Below are positions 37,085-46,083 of a stretch of DNA of 64,000 nt, piece by piece. The stretch's first letter is position 1. Every line of letters begins with the position of its first letter. Below the pieces are notes generated by a model. The model was not told the origin of the DNA, searched no databases, and saw only the letters and a program-made list of their open reading frames with translations. The position numbers and the translations under genes are program-made. Source of the DNA: an uncultured Candidatus Rokubacteria bacterium (GTDB lineage Bacteria; Methylomirabilota; Methylomirabilia; Rokubacteriales; DASRDR01); assembly GCA_963805625.1 (NCBI GenBank), contig CAWDVE010000019.1:608001-672000 (forward strand), given 5' to 3'.

Positions 37085-39310
37085 GTGACCACGCGACGGC
37101 CGATCCGCGCGGGGCGGCCGGGTGGCCGGCCTGCTGCCCTCCGCGGCCGCATCGGGCTGCTCGGAGCGGTCGTGGCGGGGGCGCTGATCGGCGCGCCCGC
37201 CGCCGGCGCCGCCCCGGCAAGCGCGCCGCCCCCGGTCCAGGCGCGGCTCGACCTCGATGCCGCGTCGGCGAGCCCGTTCCCCGCCGACTGGCTCACCGTT
37301 CCCGACCGCACCCAGCGGACCGGGCGCCGGCTGGCGAATTCGCTCACGTCCTGCGTTCCGGCTCGCTCGGTCTGCGACGACCTGCGTCTGCTCGCCGAGC
37401 TGGATGGCTTCGACCTCGACCCCCGCGTCGCGCTCCGCTTCACGGGCGCGATCGACGTGACGAGCGTCAGCCCGCGCAGCGTGTTCCTGGTCCGTCTCGC
37501 CGCGGGGCCGCCCGAGCTCACGGGGGTGGACCGCCTCGTCTGGGATCCGGACACCCTCACCCTCCACGCGCGTCCCGAGAGCCTCCTCGAGCCGGAGACC
37601 CTCTACGGGCTCGTGGTGACGCGCGATCTCCGCGATTCGGCTGGCCGGCCCGTCGAGCCGTCGGCGGGCTTCGCGGCGGTTCTCCGGTCGGGCGGCGGGC
37701 CTCCCCTGGCGCCGGAGTATCGCGCGGCCTTCGGTCTGCTTCGCCGTGCGCTCGATCGCCGCGGCATCCGTGCAGATCGGGTTGCCGTCGCCTCCGTCTT
37801 CACCACCGGGAGCGTCTCGGCATTCCTCGAGCAGGCCCGCGATGCCCTCGACCGGCAACCCCCCGCCCCGGCGCTCATGACGGCGCCCGAGGCGGGCGGG
37901 CGCGCGTGGTTCCCGCGGGCGAGCCTGTCGCGCCTCGTCCTGCGCCGCCAGGTCGGTCCGGCGGGGGACCCGTCGGCGGCAGGCGCGGCGTCGGGCGCCG
38001 ACAGGGCGCCCGGCGGCTTCCAGGACGAGGTCCTTCCCCTCGAGGCGCTGCCGCGGGACGCGGTCGGCGGCGTCGGAATCGGGTGGTACTGGTCACCCTG
38101 GTACCTGACGCCCGAACGCCGGATCGTCGAGGCGGCGACTCTCGCTCCCCACCGGGCGGCTGGCGTCGACCGTCCCGTCCCCTTCGTCGTGGTGACGCCG
38201 GTGGGTCGGCCGCCGCCGCGGGGGTGGCCGCTGGCGGTGTTCGGGCACGGCTACGGCGGAGAGATGTTCTCGAACGCATTCCTCGTCGCGGGCGGCCTCG
38301 CGCGCCAGGGGATCGCGACGGTGGCGATCTCGGTGGTCGGCCATGGCGGCGGGCCGGAGGGTCGGCTCCTCGTCAGCCTCGGCGACGGGCGGACCCACGT
38401 CGTCCGGGTGCCGGGCCGTGGCGTCGACCTGGACGCAGACGGCCGCATCGAGCGGACCGAGGGCCTGGCCCCGCTTCCCGGCGGGCCTCTGGCGGTGCTC
38501 GGTCTCCGGGACGGCCTCCGCCAGCAGGTGGTCGACCTCATGGCGCTCGTCCGGGCCGTCGGCCGCGGGCTCGACGTGGACGGTGACGGCCGCCCGGACA
38601 CGGGGCGGGGGCCCATCTCGTACGCGGGGCACTCCCTCGGCGGGATCTACGGCACGCTGTTCCTCGCGGTCGAGTCCCGCGTGCGCGTCGGCGTCCTGGT
38701 GGTGCCGGGGGGGCCCGTGGCCGAGATCGCGCGGCTCTCCCCCGTCTTTCGGCCGCGCGTCACGGACGCGCTCGGACGCCGGAACCCGCCGCTCCTGAAC
38801 CTGCCCGAAGACTTCCGGGAGGATCTCCCGCTCCGCGGGGCAGGGCCGGTCGTGGCGCCCGTGCCGGGGGCGCTCGCGATCCAGGAGTACCTCGCGCGAG
38901 TCGAGTGGCTTGGCCGCCGCGCGGACCCGGTGGCCTACGCGCGCCACCTCCGGCGGTCGCCGCTTCCCGGACTCGAGCCCGCCCGCGTGCTCGTCCAGTA
39001 CGCGCTGGGGGACCGCGTCGTGCCGAATCCGACGACGGCGACCCTCGTCCGCGCGGGGGAGCTGGGGGACCGCACGGTGCTCGTCCGTACCGATCGTGTC
39101 GCTCGCGTGATCGGCGCCGAGTGGCCGGACCCGCACGGGTTCCTGCTCGCCGTCCGCGCCCCGGGTCTGGTCGGTCGCGTCGCCATGCTGGCGCAGGAGC
39201 AGCTGGCCCGCTTCCTCCGGGACGAGGGCGAGACCCTGTGGGCCCCGGGCGGCCTGTCGTTCTCCGGCCCCGACGAGCGCTACCTCGAGAGCCCGAGCTC
39301 GAGGCGATGA
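37085..39310 (+). CDS. Exported alpha/beta hydrolase (lipase-like) with N-terminal Ig-like region
   Basis: Signal peptide, PFPAD...LDGF, FGHG, GHSLGG nucleophile elbow, DRVVPN, DPHGFL. Confidence 0.78.
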   Translation: MTTRRPIRAGRPGGRPAALRGRIGLLGAVVAGALIGAPAAGAAPASAPPPVQARLDLDAASASPFPADWLTVPDRTQRTGRRLANSLTSCVPARSVCDDLRLLAELDGFDLDPRVALRFTGAIDVTSVSPRSVFLVRLAAGPPELTGVDRLVWDPDTLTLHARPESLLEPETLYGLVVTRDLRDSAGRPVEPSAGFAAVLRSGGGPPLAPEYRAAFGLLRRALDRRGIRADRVAVASVFTTGSVSAFLEQARDALDRQPPAPALMTAPEAGGRAWFPRASLSRLVLRRQVGPAGDPSAAGAASGADRAPGGFQDEVLPLEALPRDAVGGVGIGWYWSPWYLTPERRIVEAATLAPHRAAGVDRPVPFVVVTPVGRPPPRGWPLAVFGHGYGGEMFSNAFLVAGGLARQGIATVAISVVGHGGGPEGRLLVSLGDGRTHVVRVPGRGVDLDADGRIERTEGLAPLPGGPLAVLGLRDGLRQQVVDLMALVRAVGRGLDVDGDGRPDTGRGPISYAGHSLGGIYGTLFLAVESRVRVGVLVVPGGPVAEIARLSPVFRPRVTDALGRRNPPLLNLPEDFREDLPLRGAGPVVAPVPGALAIQEYLARVEWLGRRADPVAYARHLRRSPLPGLEPARVLVQYALGDRVVPNPTTATLVRAGELGDRTVLVRTDRVARVIGAEWPDPHGFLLAVRAPGLVGRVAMLAQEQLARFLRDEGETLWAPGGLSFSGPDERYLESPSSRR

Positions 39311-39443
39311 GCGTGGCGCGGCCGCCGGCGTCCGGTGCGCTGTTGAAGGTCCATGGGGGAGTGTGGTTACAATATCGGTGTCCATCGAGCCCCGTGCGCG
39401 GCTTCCCCGGCGCATCCAGTGATCCCGAACCTGCGAGGGTCTT

Positions 39444-39929
39444 ATGAAAGTACTGAGGATCGTGCCGGAGCGATGCACGGGCTGCCTCCGGTGCGAGCTG
39501 GCGTGCTCGTACGTGCAGACCGGCACGTTCCAGCCCGCCAAGTCGGTGATCCGCGTGGCGCCATTCGAGGGCCACACGAGCTACGCGCCGTACACGTGCT
39601 TCCAGTGCGCCGAGGGCTGGTGCATGACCGCGTGCCCGGTCGGCGCGATCGTCATCTCCCCGGTGGGCGCCAAGGCCGTGATCGACGACCAGTGCGTCGG
39701 GTGCAAGCTCTGCACGATCGCCTGCCCGTACGGGACCATGTTCTACAACCCCGACACGCAAAAGGCGTTCAAGTGCAACCTCTGCGGCGGCGATCCCGCG
39801 TGCGCGCACGCGTGCCCGACGCAGGCCATCCTCTACGAGGACGTCGAGACCGCCGACTGGCTCGGCGACTTCGCGGCGACGCGATCCGCCGGCACGCTCG
39901 TCCCGGCTGGCGGGAACGGGAGGCACTGA
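39444..39929 (+). CDS. 4Fe-4S polyferredoxin subunit (AorA-like)
   Basis: CTGCLRCELAC, CFQCAEGWCMTACP, CVGCKLCTIACP, KCNLCGGDPACAHACP. Confidence 0.92.
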   Translation: MKVLRIVPERCTGCLRCELACSYVQTGTFQPAKSVIRVAPFEGHTSYAPYTCFQCAEGWCMTACPVGAIVISPVGAKAVIDDQCVGCKLCTIACPYGTMFYNPDTQKAFKCNLCGGDPACAHACPTQAILYEDVETADWLGDFAATRSAGTLVPAGGNGRH

Positions 39930-41248
39930 TGGCCGCGCGCCACGTCATCGTCGGAGGCGGCACCGCCGGCCACAACGCGATCAACACGATCCGGCAGGAG
40001 GAAGCCGAGCACTCCGAGATCGTGCTGGTCTCGGCCGAGCGGCCCTACTCGCGCATGGTCCTCCCGTACTACCTCGGCCGCACCATCGCCGAGTCGCACG
40101 TCTTCACGGCCACCCCGGCGAAGCTCGGCCGGCTCGGCGTGACGACGCACATCGGGCGCCGGGCGACGGCCCTCGACACGAAGGCCGGGAAGCTCACGCT
40201 CGACGACGGCACCGCGCTCGAGTACGACGACCTCCTGGTCGCGACCGGGTCGTCCGCCGTCCGGGCCCCGGTGCCGGGCGCGGACGGCCCCGGGGTGCAC
40301 AGCTTCTGGACGCTCGAGCAGGCCCGGGGGGTGGTCGCGGAGATCCGGCCGGGCGGCCACGTGGTGATGGTCGGCGCCGGCTTCATCGCCTTCACCATCC
40401 TCAACTCGATCCTCGCGCTCGGGGCGCGCCTCACGATCGTCGAGATCGCGCCCCAGATCCTGCCGCGCATGATCGACCGGCAGGGGGCGTCGCTCGTCGA
40501 CGCGTGGCTCCGGAAGCACGGCGTCGAGATCCGCACCGGCGCCACGCTGACGGCGGTCGAGCAGCACGCCGGCCGGCGGCGCCTCCGCTTCAAGGACGGG
40601 GCGGACCTCGACGCTGACGTCGTGATCATGGCGACGGGCATCCGCACGAACCTCGGGTGGCTCGAGGGCTCGGGCATCCGCGTCAACCGGGGCGTCGTCG
40701 TGGACGACCACCTCCGCTCGAGCGTGCCGAACGTCTACGCCGCCGGCGACGTGGCGGAAGGGCGGGACCTGGTGACCGGGCAGCCCGACGTCCACGCGAT
40801 CGAGCCGACGGCGATGGAGCACGGCCGGGTGGTCGGGGCCAACATGGCGGGCCGCGACGTTCCGTACCGCGGCAGCCTCCTCATGAACATCGTGGAGGTC
40901 TGCCACCTCGACGTGGCGAGCTTCGGGCGCTGGGACGACCCCGCGGCCGAGCTCATGCTGGCGGTCGACCCTGACCGGCCGGCGTACCGGAAGCTCCTCT
41001 GGCACGGCGACCGGCTGACGGGGGCGATGATCCTCGGCCCCTCCGCCGACATCTGGACGACGAACGACGTGGGGATGCTGAAGGGGCTCGTCCAGTCCGG
41101 CGTGCCGCTCGGGCCGTGGAAGGAGCAGCTTCGCCGGAACCCCTTCGACGTCAAGCGCGCCCATGTCGCCTCGCACGTGACCCGGCAGCTCCTCCCGCAG
41201 ACGGTGCTCGGCCGGCCGGCGCCTGCGCCCGCGGTGCTGTGGAGCTAG
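39929..41248 (+). CDS. FAD-dependent pyridine nucleotide oxidoreductase (AorC-like)
   Basis: IVGGGTAG, ATGS, VGAGFIA, VYAAGDVAE. Confidence 0.88.
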   Translation: MAARHVIVGGGTAGHNAINTIRQEEAEHSEIVLVSAERPYSRMVLPYYLGRTIAESHVFTATPAKLGRLGVTTHIGRRATALDTKAGKLTLDDGTALEYDDLLVATGSSAVRAPVPGADGPGVHSFWTLEQARGVVAEIRPGGHVVMVGAGFIAFTILNSILALGARLTIVEIAPQILPRMIDRQGASLVDAWLRKHGVEIRTGATLTAVEQHAGRRRLRFKDGADLDADVVIMATGIRTNLGWLEGSGIRVNRGVVVDDHLRSSVPNVYAAGDVAEGRDLVTGQPDVHAIEPTAMEHGRVVGANMAGRDVPYRGSLLMNIVEVCHLDVASFGRWDDPAAELMLAVDPDRPAYRKLLWHGDRLTGAMILGPSADIWTTNDVGMLKGLVQSGVPLGPWKEQLRRNPFDVKRAHVASHVTRQLLPQTVLGRPAPAPAVLWS

Positions 41249-41255
41249 GGGCGAT

Positions 41256-41391
41256 GGGGTCAGACTTTGACTTCCCTACATTTCGCCGTGTGAGACGCGT
41301 GTCCTTCTTCGGAGTGGGCGAATGTTTGGAAGTCAAAGTCTGACCCCGCGTGGAAGTCTGAGGGGAATGTCGGAAGTCAAAGTCTGACCCC
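41256..41391. repeat. REP/REPIN-like element with three 20-bp units
   Basis: GGGGTCAGACTTTGACTTCC (41256-41275) and two exact reverse-complement copies (41328-41347, 41372-41391). Confidence 0.85.
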
Positions 41392-41403
41392 AGGAGAATG
41401 CGA

Positions 41404-43338
41404 ATGACGCAGGCAGGGACGGCGGCGATGACGAAGGAGGCGGCGGCCACGAGGGCGGGCCTCCCCGGCGGATACGCGGGGCAGCTTCTCCGGGTGGACC
41501 TCTCGGCCGGCCGCGCGTGGGGCGAGCCCTGGTCCCCCGCCGACATGCGGACGTACCTCGGCGGCGCCGGGCTCGGCGCGAAGATCCTCTGGGAGGAAGT
41601 GCCGGCCGGGGTCAACTGGGACGACCCGGAGAACCGCCTGGTGCTCGGCACCGGCCCGCTGGCGGGCCTGCCGGTCTGGGGGACGGGCGGCCTCACGGTC
41701 GTCACGCGCGGCGCGATGACGAACGGCGGCACCTCGACCCAGGCCAACGGCTTCTTCGGCGCGAATCTCAAGTACTGCGGCTACGACGCCATCGTGGTCC
41801 AGGGGCAGGCGTCGGAGTGGACCTACCTCCTGATCCGCGGCGACCGCGTCGAGCTCCGCGACGCCCGGCACCTCGTCGGCAAGGACACCTGGGAGACGCA
41901 GGACGCCTTGAACGGGGAGCTCGGGTACTCCGGCCACATGCTGAGCGTCTACTCGATCGGGCCCGCCGGCGAGAACCTGGTCCGCTTCGCCGCGATCCAG
42001 GGCGACTACGGCCACGTCGCCTCCAAGAACGGCGTCGGCGCCGTCATGGGGAAGAAGCGGCTGAAGGCGGTGGCGATCGTCCGGGGCGGCGCCGCCCTCC
42101 GGGCGGCCGACCCGCGCGGGCTCATCGCGGCGGCCGACGACATCGCCAACGACCTCCGCACGAACCCCGCCGCCAAGACGCTCTACGAGTACGGCACCCT
42201 CCCGGGCGTCGTGAACCTGCTCGGGCTCGGCGCGCTCCCGATCAAGAACTACACGACGAACGTGCCCCTCCCCGGCGTCGACATGACGCAGTGGGAGGCG
42301 CCGGCGCTCCGGAGCGGCTTCGATCACCGCGGGCACCAGTGCAGCGCCTGCGGCATGCACCACTGCCACATGCAGGTGCTGCCGCGCGGCAAGCACAAGG
42401 GTGAGATCGTCGACGAGCCCGAGTACGAGGGATGGTCCGGGGCCGGCTGGACGATCGGGTGCACCGACCCGGTGGCCGTCTCCTGGCTCAACACGCAGAT
42501 CGACCGGGCCTGCGTCGACGTCAACGAGTTCGGGTGGCTCTGCGGCTGGGTGATGGAGTGCCAGGAGAAGGGATACATCACCGAGAAGCAGCTCGGCTTC
42601 CGGCTCGTCTGGGGCGACGCGGAGGCCGCGAGCCGGCTCCTGTGGATGATCAGCCGGCGCGAGGGGCTGGGCGACCTCCTGGCCGAGGGCACGAAGCTCG
42701 CCGCCGAGCGGCTGGGCGGCGGTGCGGCGGAGTGCGCGATCTACACCGGCAAGAACGCCTCGCCGCGCGGCCACGATCACCGCGGGCGCTGGGAGGAGAT
42801 GCTCGACACCTGCACCGGCTCGACGGGCACGCTCGAGACCGGGCCGGCGGTGTTCCCCGCCGAGCTGGGGTTGCCCGCGCGCATCAACCCGTTCGACCCC
42901 GAGCAGGTCGCGCGCCAGGTCGCCGGGCTCAACGGGCGGCGGAACTTCGAGGACTCGCTCGGGGCGTGTATCTTCACCACGCGGACCTACCTCGAGAACC
43001 TCACCCGCACCCTGTCGGCGGCGACCGGCTGGGACTACTCCCGCGACGAGGCCATGCGCTTCGGCCGGCGGATCGGCGCGATGTTCCGCGCCTTCAACCT
43101 CCGGTGCGGCATCGGCGGCGAGCTCGAGCGGCCGTCCAAGCGCTACGCGTCAACGCCGGTCGACGGGCCCGCCAAGGGACAGTCGATCGAGAAACACTGG
43201 GAGCGGATGCTCGACCTCTGGTACGAGGGCATGGGCTACGACCGCGCGAGCGGGCGGCCGACGCCCGAGACGCTCCGCGCTGTCGGCCTCGAGTGGATGG
43301 TGCCGGCCGTGTGGGGCGGCGACCGGTCCCCCCGGTGA
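41404..43338 (+). CDS. aor: Aldehyde:ferredoxin oxidoreductase, tungstopterin family (AorB-like)
   Basis: YLGGAGLG, IGPAGEN, GAVMGKKRLKA, CSACGMHHC, EPEYE, DSLGAC; start may be 41398, 41404 or 41428. Confidence 0.9.
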   Translation: MTQAGTAAMTKEAAATRAGLPGGYAGQLLRVDLSAGRAWGEPWSPADMRTYLGGAGLGAKILWEEVPAGVNWDDPENRLVLGTGPLAGLPVWGTGGLTVVTRGAMTNGGTSTQANGFFGANLKYCGYDAIVVQGQASEWTYLLIRGDRVELRDARHLVGKDTWETQDALNGELGYSGHMLSVYSIGPAGENLVRFAAIQGDYGHVASKNGVGAVMGKKRLKAVAIVRGGAALRAADPRGLIAAADDIANDLRTNPAAKTLYEYGTLPGVVNLLGLGALPIKNYTTNVPLPGVDMTQWEAPALRSGFDHRGHQCSACGMHHCHMQVLPRGKHKGEIVDEPEYEGWSGAGWTIGCTDPVAVSWLNTQIDRACVDVNEFGWLCGWVMECQEKGYITEKQLGFRLVWGDAEAASRLLWMISRREGLGDLLAEGTKLAAERLGGGAAECAIYTGKNASPRGHDHRGRWEEMLDTCTGSTGTLETGPAVFPAELGLPARINPFDPEQVARQVAGLNGRRNFEDSLGACIFTTRTYLENLTRTLSAATGWDYSRDEAMRFGRRIGAMFRAFNLRCGIGGELERPSKRYASTPVDGPAKGQSIEKHWERMLDLWYEGMGYDRASGRPTPETLRAVGLEWMVPAVWGGDRSPR

Positions 43339-43661
43339 AGGCGGCGCCGGCCCAGCCGCTCACGGTCCCCGTCGAGGTCCTGTCCTGGGTGAACCGGTTC
43401 GTCGCCGGGCCGGGGACCGGCCAGGTGACGGTGAACACGGTCGTGCCCCGGGGGTCGAAGGTCCGTGACGTGCTCCGGGCGATGTCGGACCGCTTCCCGG
43501 AGCTCGGCCGCGCCCTCTGGGACCCGACGCGGCCCCGTGAGCTCGGCGACAACATCGAGGTGCTCGTGAACAACGCCGTGCTCGGCCTGACCCACGACCT
43601 CGACAGCGAGGTGCTGGACGGCGAGCGGCTCACGCTCCTCGGTCAGTACATGGGCGGGTAG
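43335..43661 (+). CDS. MoaD/ThiS-family sulfur-carrier protein
   Basis: GTGA-coupled to aor; VLVNN; C-terminal GG. Confidence 0.85.
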   Translation: MKAAPAQPLTVPVEVLSWVNRFVAGPGTGQVTVNTVVPRGSKVRDVLRAMSDRFPELGRALWDPTRPRELGDNIEVLVNNAVLGLTHDLDSEVLDGERLTLLGQYMGG

Positions 43662-43711
43662 ACCGAGCTCAGCCGGCGGCCTCCGGGCCGCCCGACTCAC
43701 GGAGGGACCGC

Positions 43712-44353
43712 GTGATCATGCCAGAGGCGTCGCTGCTGGGCCTGTTCGTCGTGGCGGCCCTGGTGCTCCTCGTCACGCCGGGACCGGCGGTGCTCTACAT
43801 CGTCACCCGGAGCGTGGAGCAGGGGCGGCTGGCGGGGCTGGTTTCGGCGCTCGGCGTCCACGTGGGCACGCTCGTCCACGTGGCGGCGGCCGCCCTCGGT
43901 GTGTCGGCGCTCCTGGTCTCGTCGGCGCTCGCGTTCGACATCGTGAAGTACCTGGGTGCACTCTACCTGGTCTACCTCGGCGTCCGGAAGCTCGCGGGAT
44001 GGGACCAGCCCGCCGGCGGGCGCGCGCTCGCGCCCCGCAGCCTCCGCCGGCTCTTCGGCCAGGGCGTGGTGGTGAACGTCCTGAACCCGAAGACCGCGCT
44101 CTTCTTCTTGGCGTTCCTCCCGCAGTTCGTCGACGTCTCGAAGGGGGCCGTGGGCTTCCAGATCCTGGTCCTCGGGCTGATCTTCGTGGCGCTCGGCGTG
44201 GTGAGCGACGGCCTCTACGCGGTGGCGGCCGGCACCGCCGGCGCCTGGCTCAAGCGGGAAGGCCGGCTCCTCCGCGCCGAGCGGTACGTCAGCGGGAGCG
44301 TGTTCGTCGGGCTCGGCGTGACGGCGGCCCTCGCCGGCAACGGCCGGAAGTAG
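43712..44353 (+). CDS. LysE/RhtB-family exporter
   Basis: TPGP, KYLGALYL, NVLNPKTALFFLAFLPQFV. Confidence 0.93.
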   Translation: MIMPEASLLGLFVVAALVLLVTPGPAVLYIVTRSVEQGRLAGLVSALGVHVGTLVHVAAAALGVSALLVSSALAFDIVKYLGALYLVYLGVRKLAGWDQPAGGRALAPRSLRRLFGQGVVVNVLNPKTALFFLAFLPQFVDVSKGAVGFQILVLGLIFVALGVVSDGLYAVAAGTAGAWLKREGRLLRAERYVSGSVFVGLGVTAALAGNGRK

Positions 44354-44435
44354 GGGATCGCACCGCCGTCGGGGCTGGCCTCGACGGGGACGATGGCCCA
44401 CGTGGGGCCCACGTGGCACGCTGAGATCCGCCGAC

Positions 44436-44452
44436 GTGCTACCATGTGCTAC
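44436..44452 (+). promoter_or_regulatory. TA promoter/operator
   Basis: Extended -10 TG-C-TACCAT (44437-44445) overlapping GTGCTAC direct repeats (44436-44442, 44446-44452). Confidence 0.5.
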
Positions 44453-44737
44453 ATGCGATATCGAAAGGGCGAGGTCGGCGTCCGAGAGCTGAGGCAGAAC
44501 CTCAGCGTCTACCTCCGGCGCGTCAAGGCTGGTCACACGCTGGACGTCCGAGAGCGCGGCACCCGGGTCGCCGTGCTCGCTCCGGCGAAGGGGCGATCGA
44601 CGGTGCTGGAGCGACTCATCGAGGCTGGCCGGGCTACGCCAGCCAGGGGGGACCTGCTCGACCTCGGGCGGCCCCTTGGCCGGCGGCCGTCTCGGCGAGC
44701 GAGCCGTGCGCTCGCCAGGCTCCGTGACGAGCGCTGA
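44453..44737 (+). CDS. vapB: Phd/YefM-family antitoxin (VapB)
   Basis: VGVRELRQNLSVYLRRVKAG...ERGTRVAVLAP; TGATG coupling to toxin. Confidence 0.88.
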   Translation: MRYRKGEVGVRELRQNLSVYLRRVKAGHTLDVRERGTRVAVLAPAKGRSTVLERLIEAGRATPARGDLLDLGRPLGRRPSRRASRALARLRDER

Positions 44738-45135
44738 TGCCGCTCGTCTATCTGGATTCCTCGGCCCTGGTCAAGCTCGTCGTCGCGGAGCCGGAGTCCA
44801 GGGCCCTGATCGAGCATCTGGAGGAGTGGCCTGAGCGCGTGTCCAGCACCCTCGCATTGACCGAGCTGCCGCGCGCCCTCGATCGGGCGGGCCTGGGCGC
44901 CGCCGCGCATCGTCGTGCTCGGGAGGTGCTCGGACGGATCGCCCTGGTCGACGTCGACCGACGGATCCTGACGACTGCGGCGACGCTCGAGCCGAGCACC
45001 CTCCGGACGCTCGACGCCATCCACCTGGCGACGGCGCTGGCCGTCCGGGAGGATCTGGAGATGGTCGTGACCTACGATCGGCGACTGCGGGTAGCCGCCG
45101 AGCGCGTCCAGATCGACGTCGTGGCACCCGCATGA
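44737..45135 (+). CDS. vapC: VapC PIN-domain toxin
   Basis: YLDSSALVKL, TEL, RTLDAIHLATA, TYDRRL. Confidence 0.92.
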   Translation: MPLVYLDSSALVKLVVAEPESRALIEHLEEWPERVSSTLALTELPRALDRAGLGAAAHRRAREVLGRIALVDVDRRILTTAATLEPSTLRTLDAIHLATALAVREDLEMVVTYDRRLRVAAERVQIDVVAPA

Positions 45136-45148
45136 GGAGGCCCAGCGC

Positions 45149-46069
45149 ATGGAGCTGATCCGGGGCATCGTTGCGGCGCCGGTGTTGCCGATGACCGAGG
45201 AGTTCGAGGTCGACTGGAAGGGGCTCCGTGATTACCTCCGCTGGCTCGTGCCGCAGGGGCCGACCGCGATCGCGATGAACATGGACGCCGCCGAAGGGCC
45301 CGCGCTCTCCGTCGAGGAGCGCCTCCGCGTGGTCGAGCTGTCGCGGGAGGCGGCCGAGGGGCGCTGCCCGGTGTGGAGCGGCCTCATCGCGGGCTCGACG
45401 AAGGAGGCCGTCCAGCAGGCGCAGGCCCTCGCCCGGGCCGGCGCCGAGGGGCTCGCGGTCTTCCCGCCCGTGCCCACCTTCATGGGGGAGCCGCTCCCGT
45501 GGCGGCTCCCGTTCGAGTACCACCGGGCGATCGCCGAGGCGACGGGGTTGCCCCTCTGCCTCTTCCAGTTCGCGCGGGGGCTCGGCCCGTCCTACTCGAA
45601 CGAGGCGCTCTGCCGCCTGGCCGAGATCCCGGAGGTAGTCGCGATGAAGGAGGCCACCTTCGACGCCGCGCGGCTCGTCGACACGCTCCAGGCTCTCCGG
45701 GACGCGCCCAAGCCGCTCGCCGTCCTGACCGGCAGCGACACCTTCCTCTGCGAGGCGTACATCCTCGGCGCGCACGGGGCGCTCATCGGCTTCGGCGCGA
45801 TCGCGCTCGACCTGCAGATCAAGATGTTCGAGGCCGTGCAGCAGCGCGACTACCAGCAGGCGCTCGCCATCTGGGACCGGATCGGCCCCATGGCGCGGAT
45901 GATGTGGAGCCCGCCGCTCCGCGACTACCGCCCGCGGCTCAAGGAGGCGCTGGTCATGCTGGGCGTCCTCCGCTCGGCGGCGGTCCGGCCGCCGCTCATG
46001 CCGATCTCCGACGACGAGCGACGCACGATCCACCGGCTCCTGGTCCACGCCGGCCTGCTGCCGGCGTAG
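45149..46069 (+). CDS. Dihydrodipicolinate synthase/N-acetylneuraminate lyase family protein (divergent)
   Basis: EGPALSVEER, Schiff-base Lys in AMKEA, VRPPL; GSTGE replaced by MDAAE. Confidence 0.85.
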   Translation: MELIRGIVAAPVLPMTEEFEVDWKGLRDYLRWLVPQGPTAIAMNMDAAEGPALSVEERLRVVELSREAAEGRCPVWSGLIAGSTKEAVQQAQALARAGAEGLAVFPPVPTFMGEPLPWRLPFEYHRAIAEATGLPLCLFQFARGLGPSYSNEALCRLAEIPEVVAMKEATFDAARLVDTLQALRDAPKPLAVLTGSDTFLCEAYILGAHGALIGFGAIALDLQIKMFEAVQQRDYQQALAIWDRIGPMARMMWSPPLRDYRPRLKEALVMLGVLRSAAVRPPLMPISDDERRTIHRLLVHAGLLPA

Positions 46070-46083
46070 CCGCCACGCCGGGC

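Noticed and set aside
39311-39443. Moco/Tuco RNA motif upstream of the aor operon
   Set aside because: Leader is short and I see no recognisable conserved stems; an Rfam scan would be needed.
41254-41343. Small ORF MGSDFDFPTFRR...
   Set aside because: Lies wholly within the inverted repeat; likely a by-product of it.
41256-41391. CRISPR array
   Set aside because: Only three 20-bp units, in mixed orientation with unequal spacers, and no cas genes; fits REP/REPIN.
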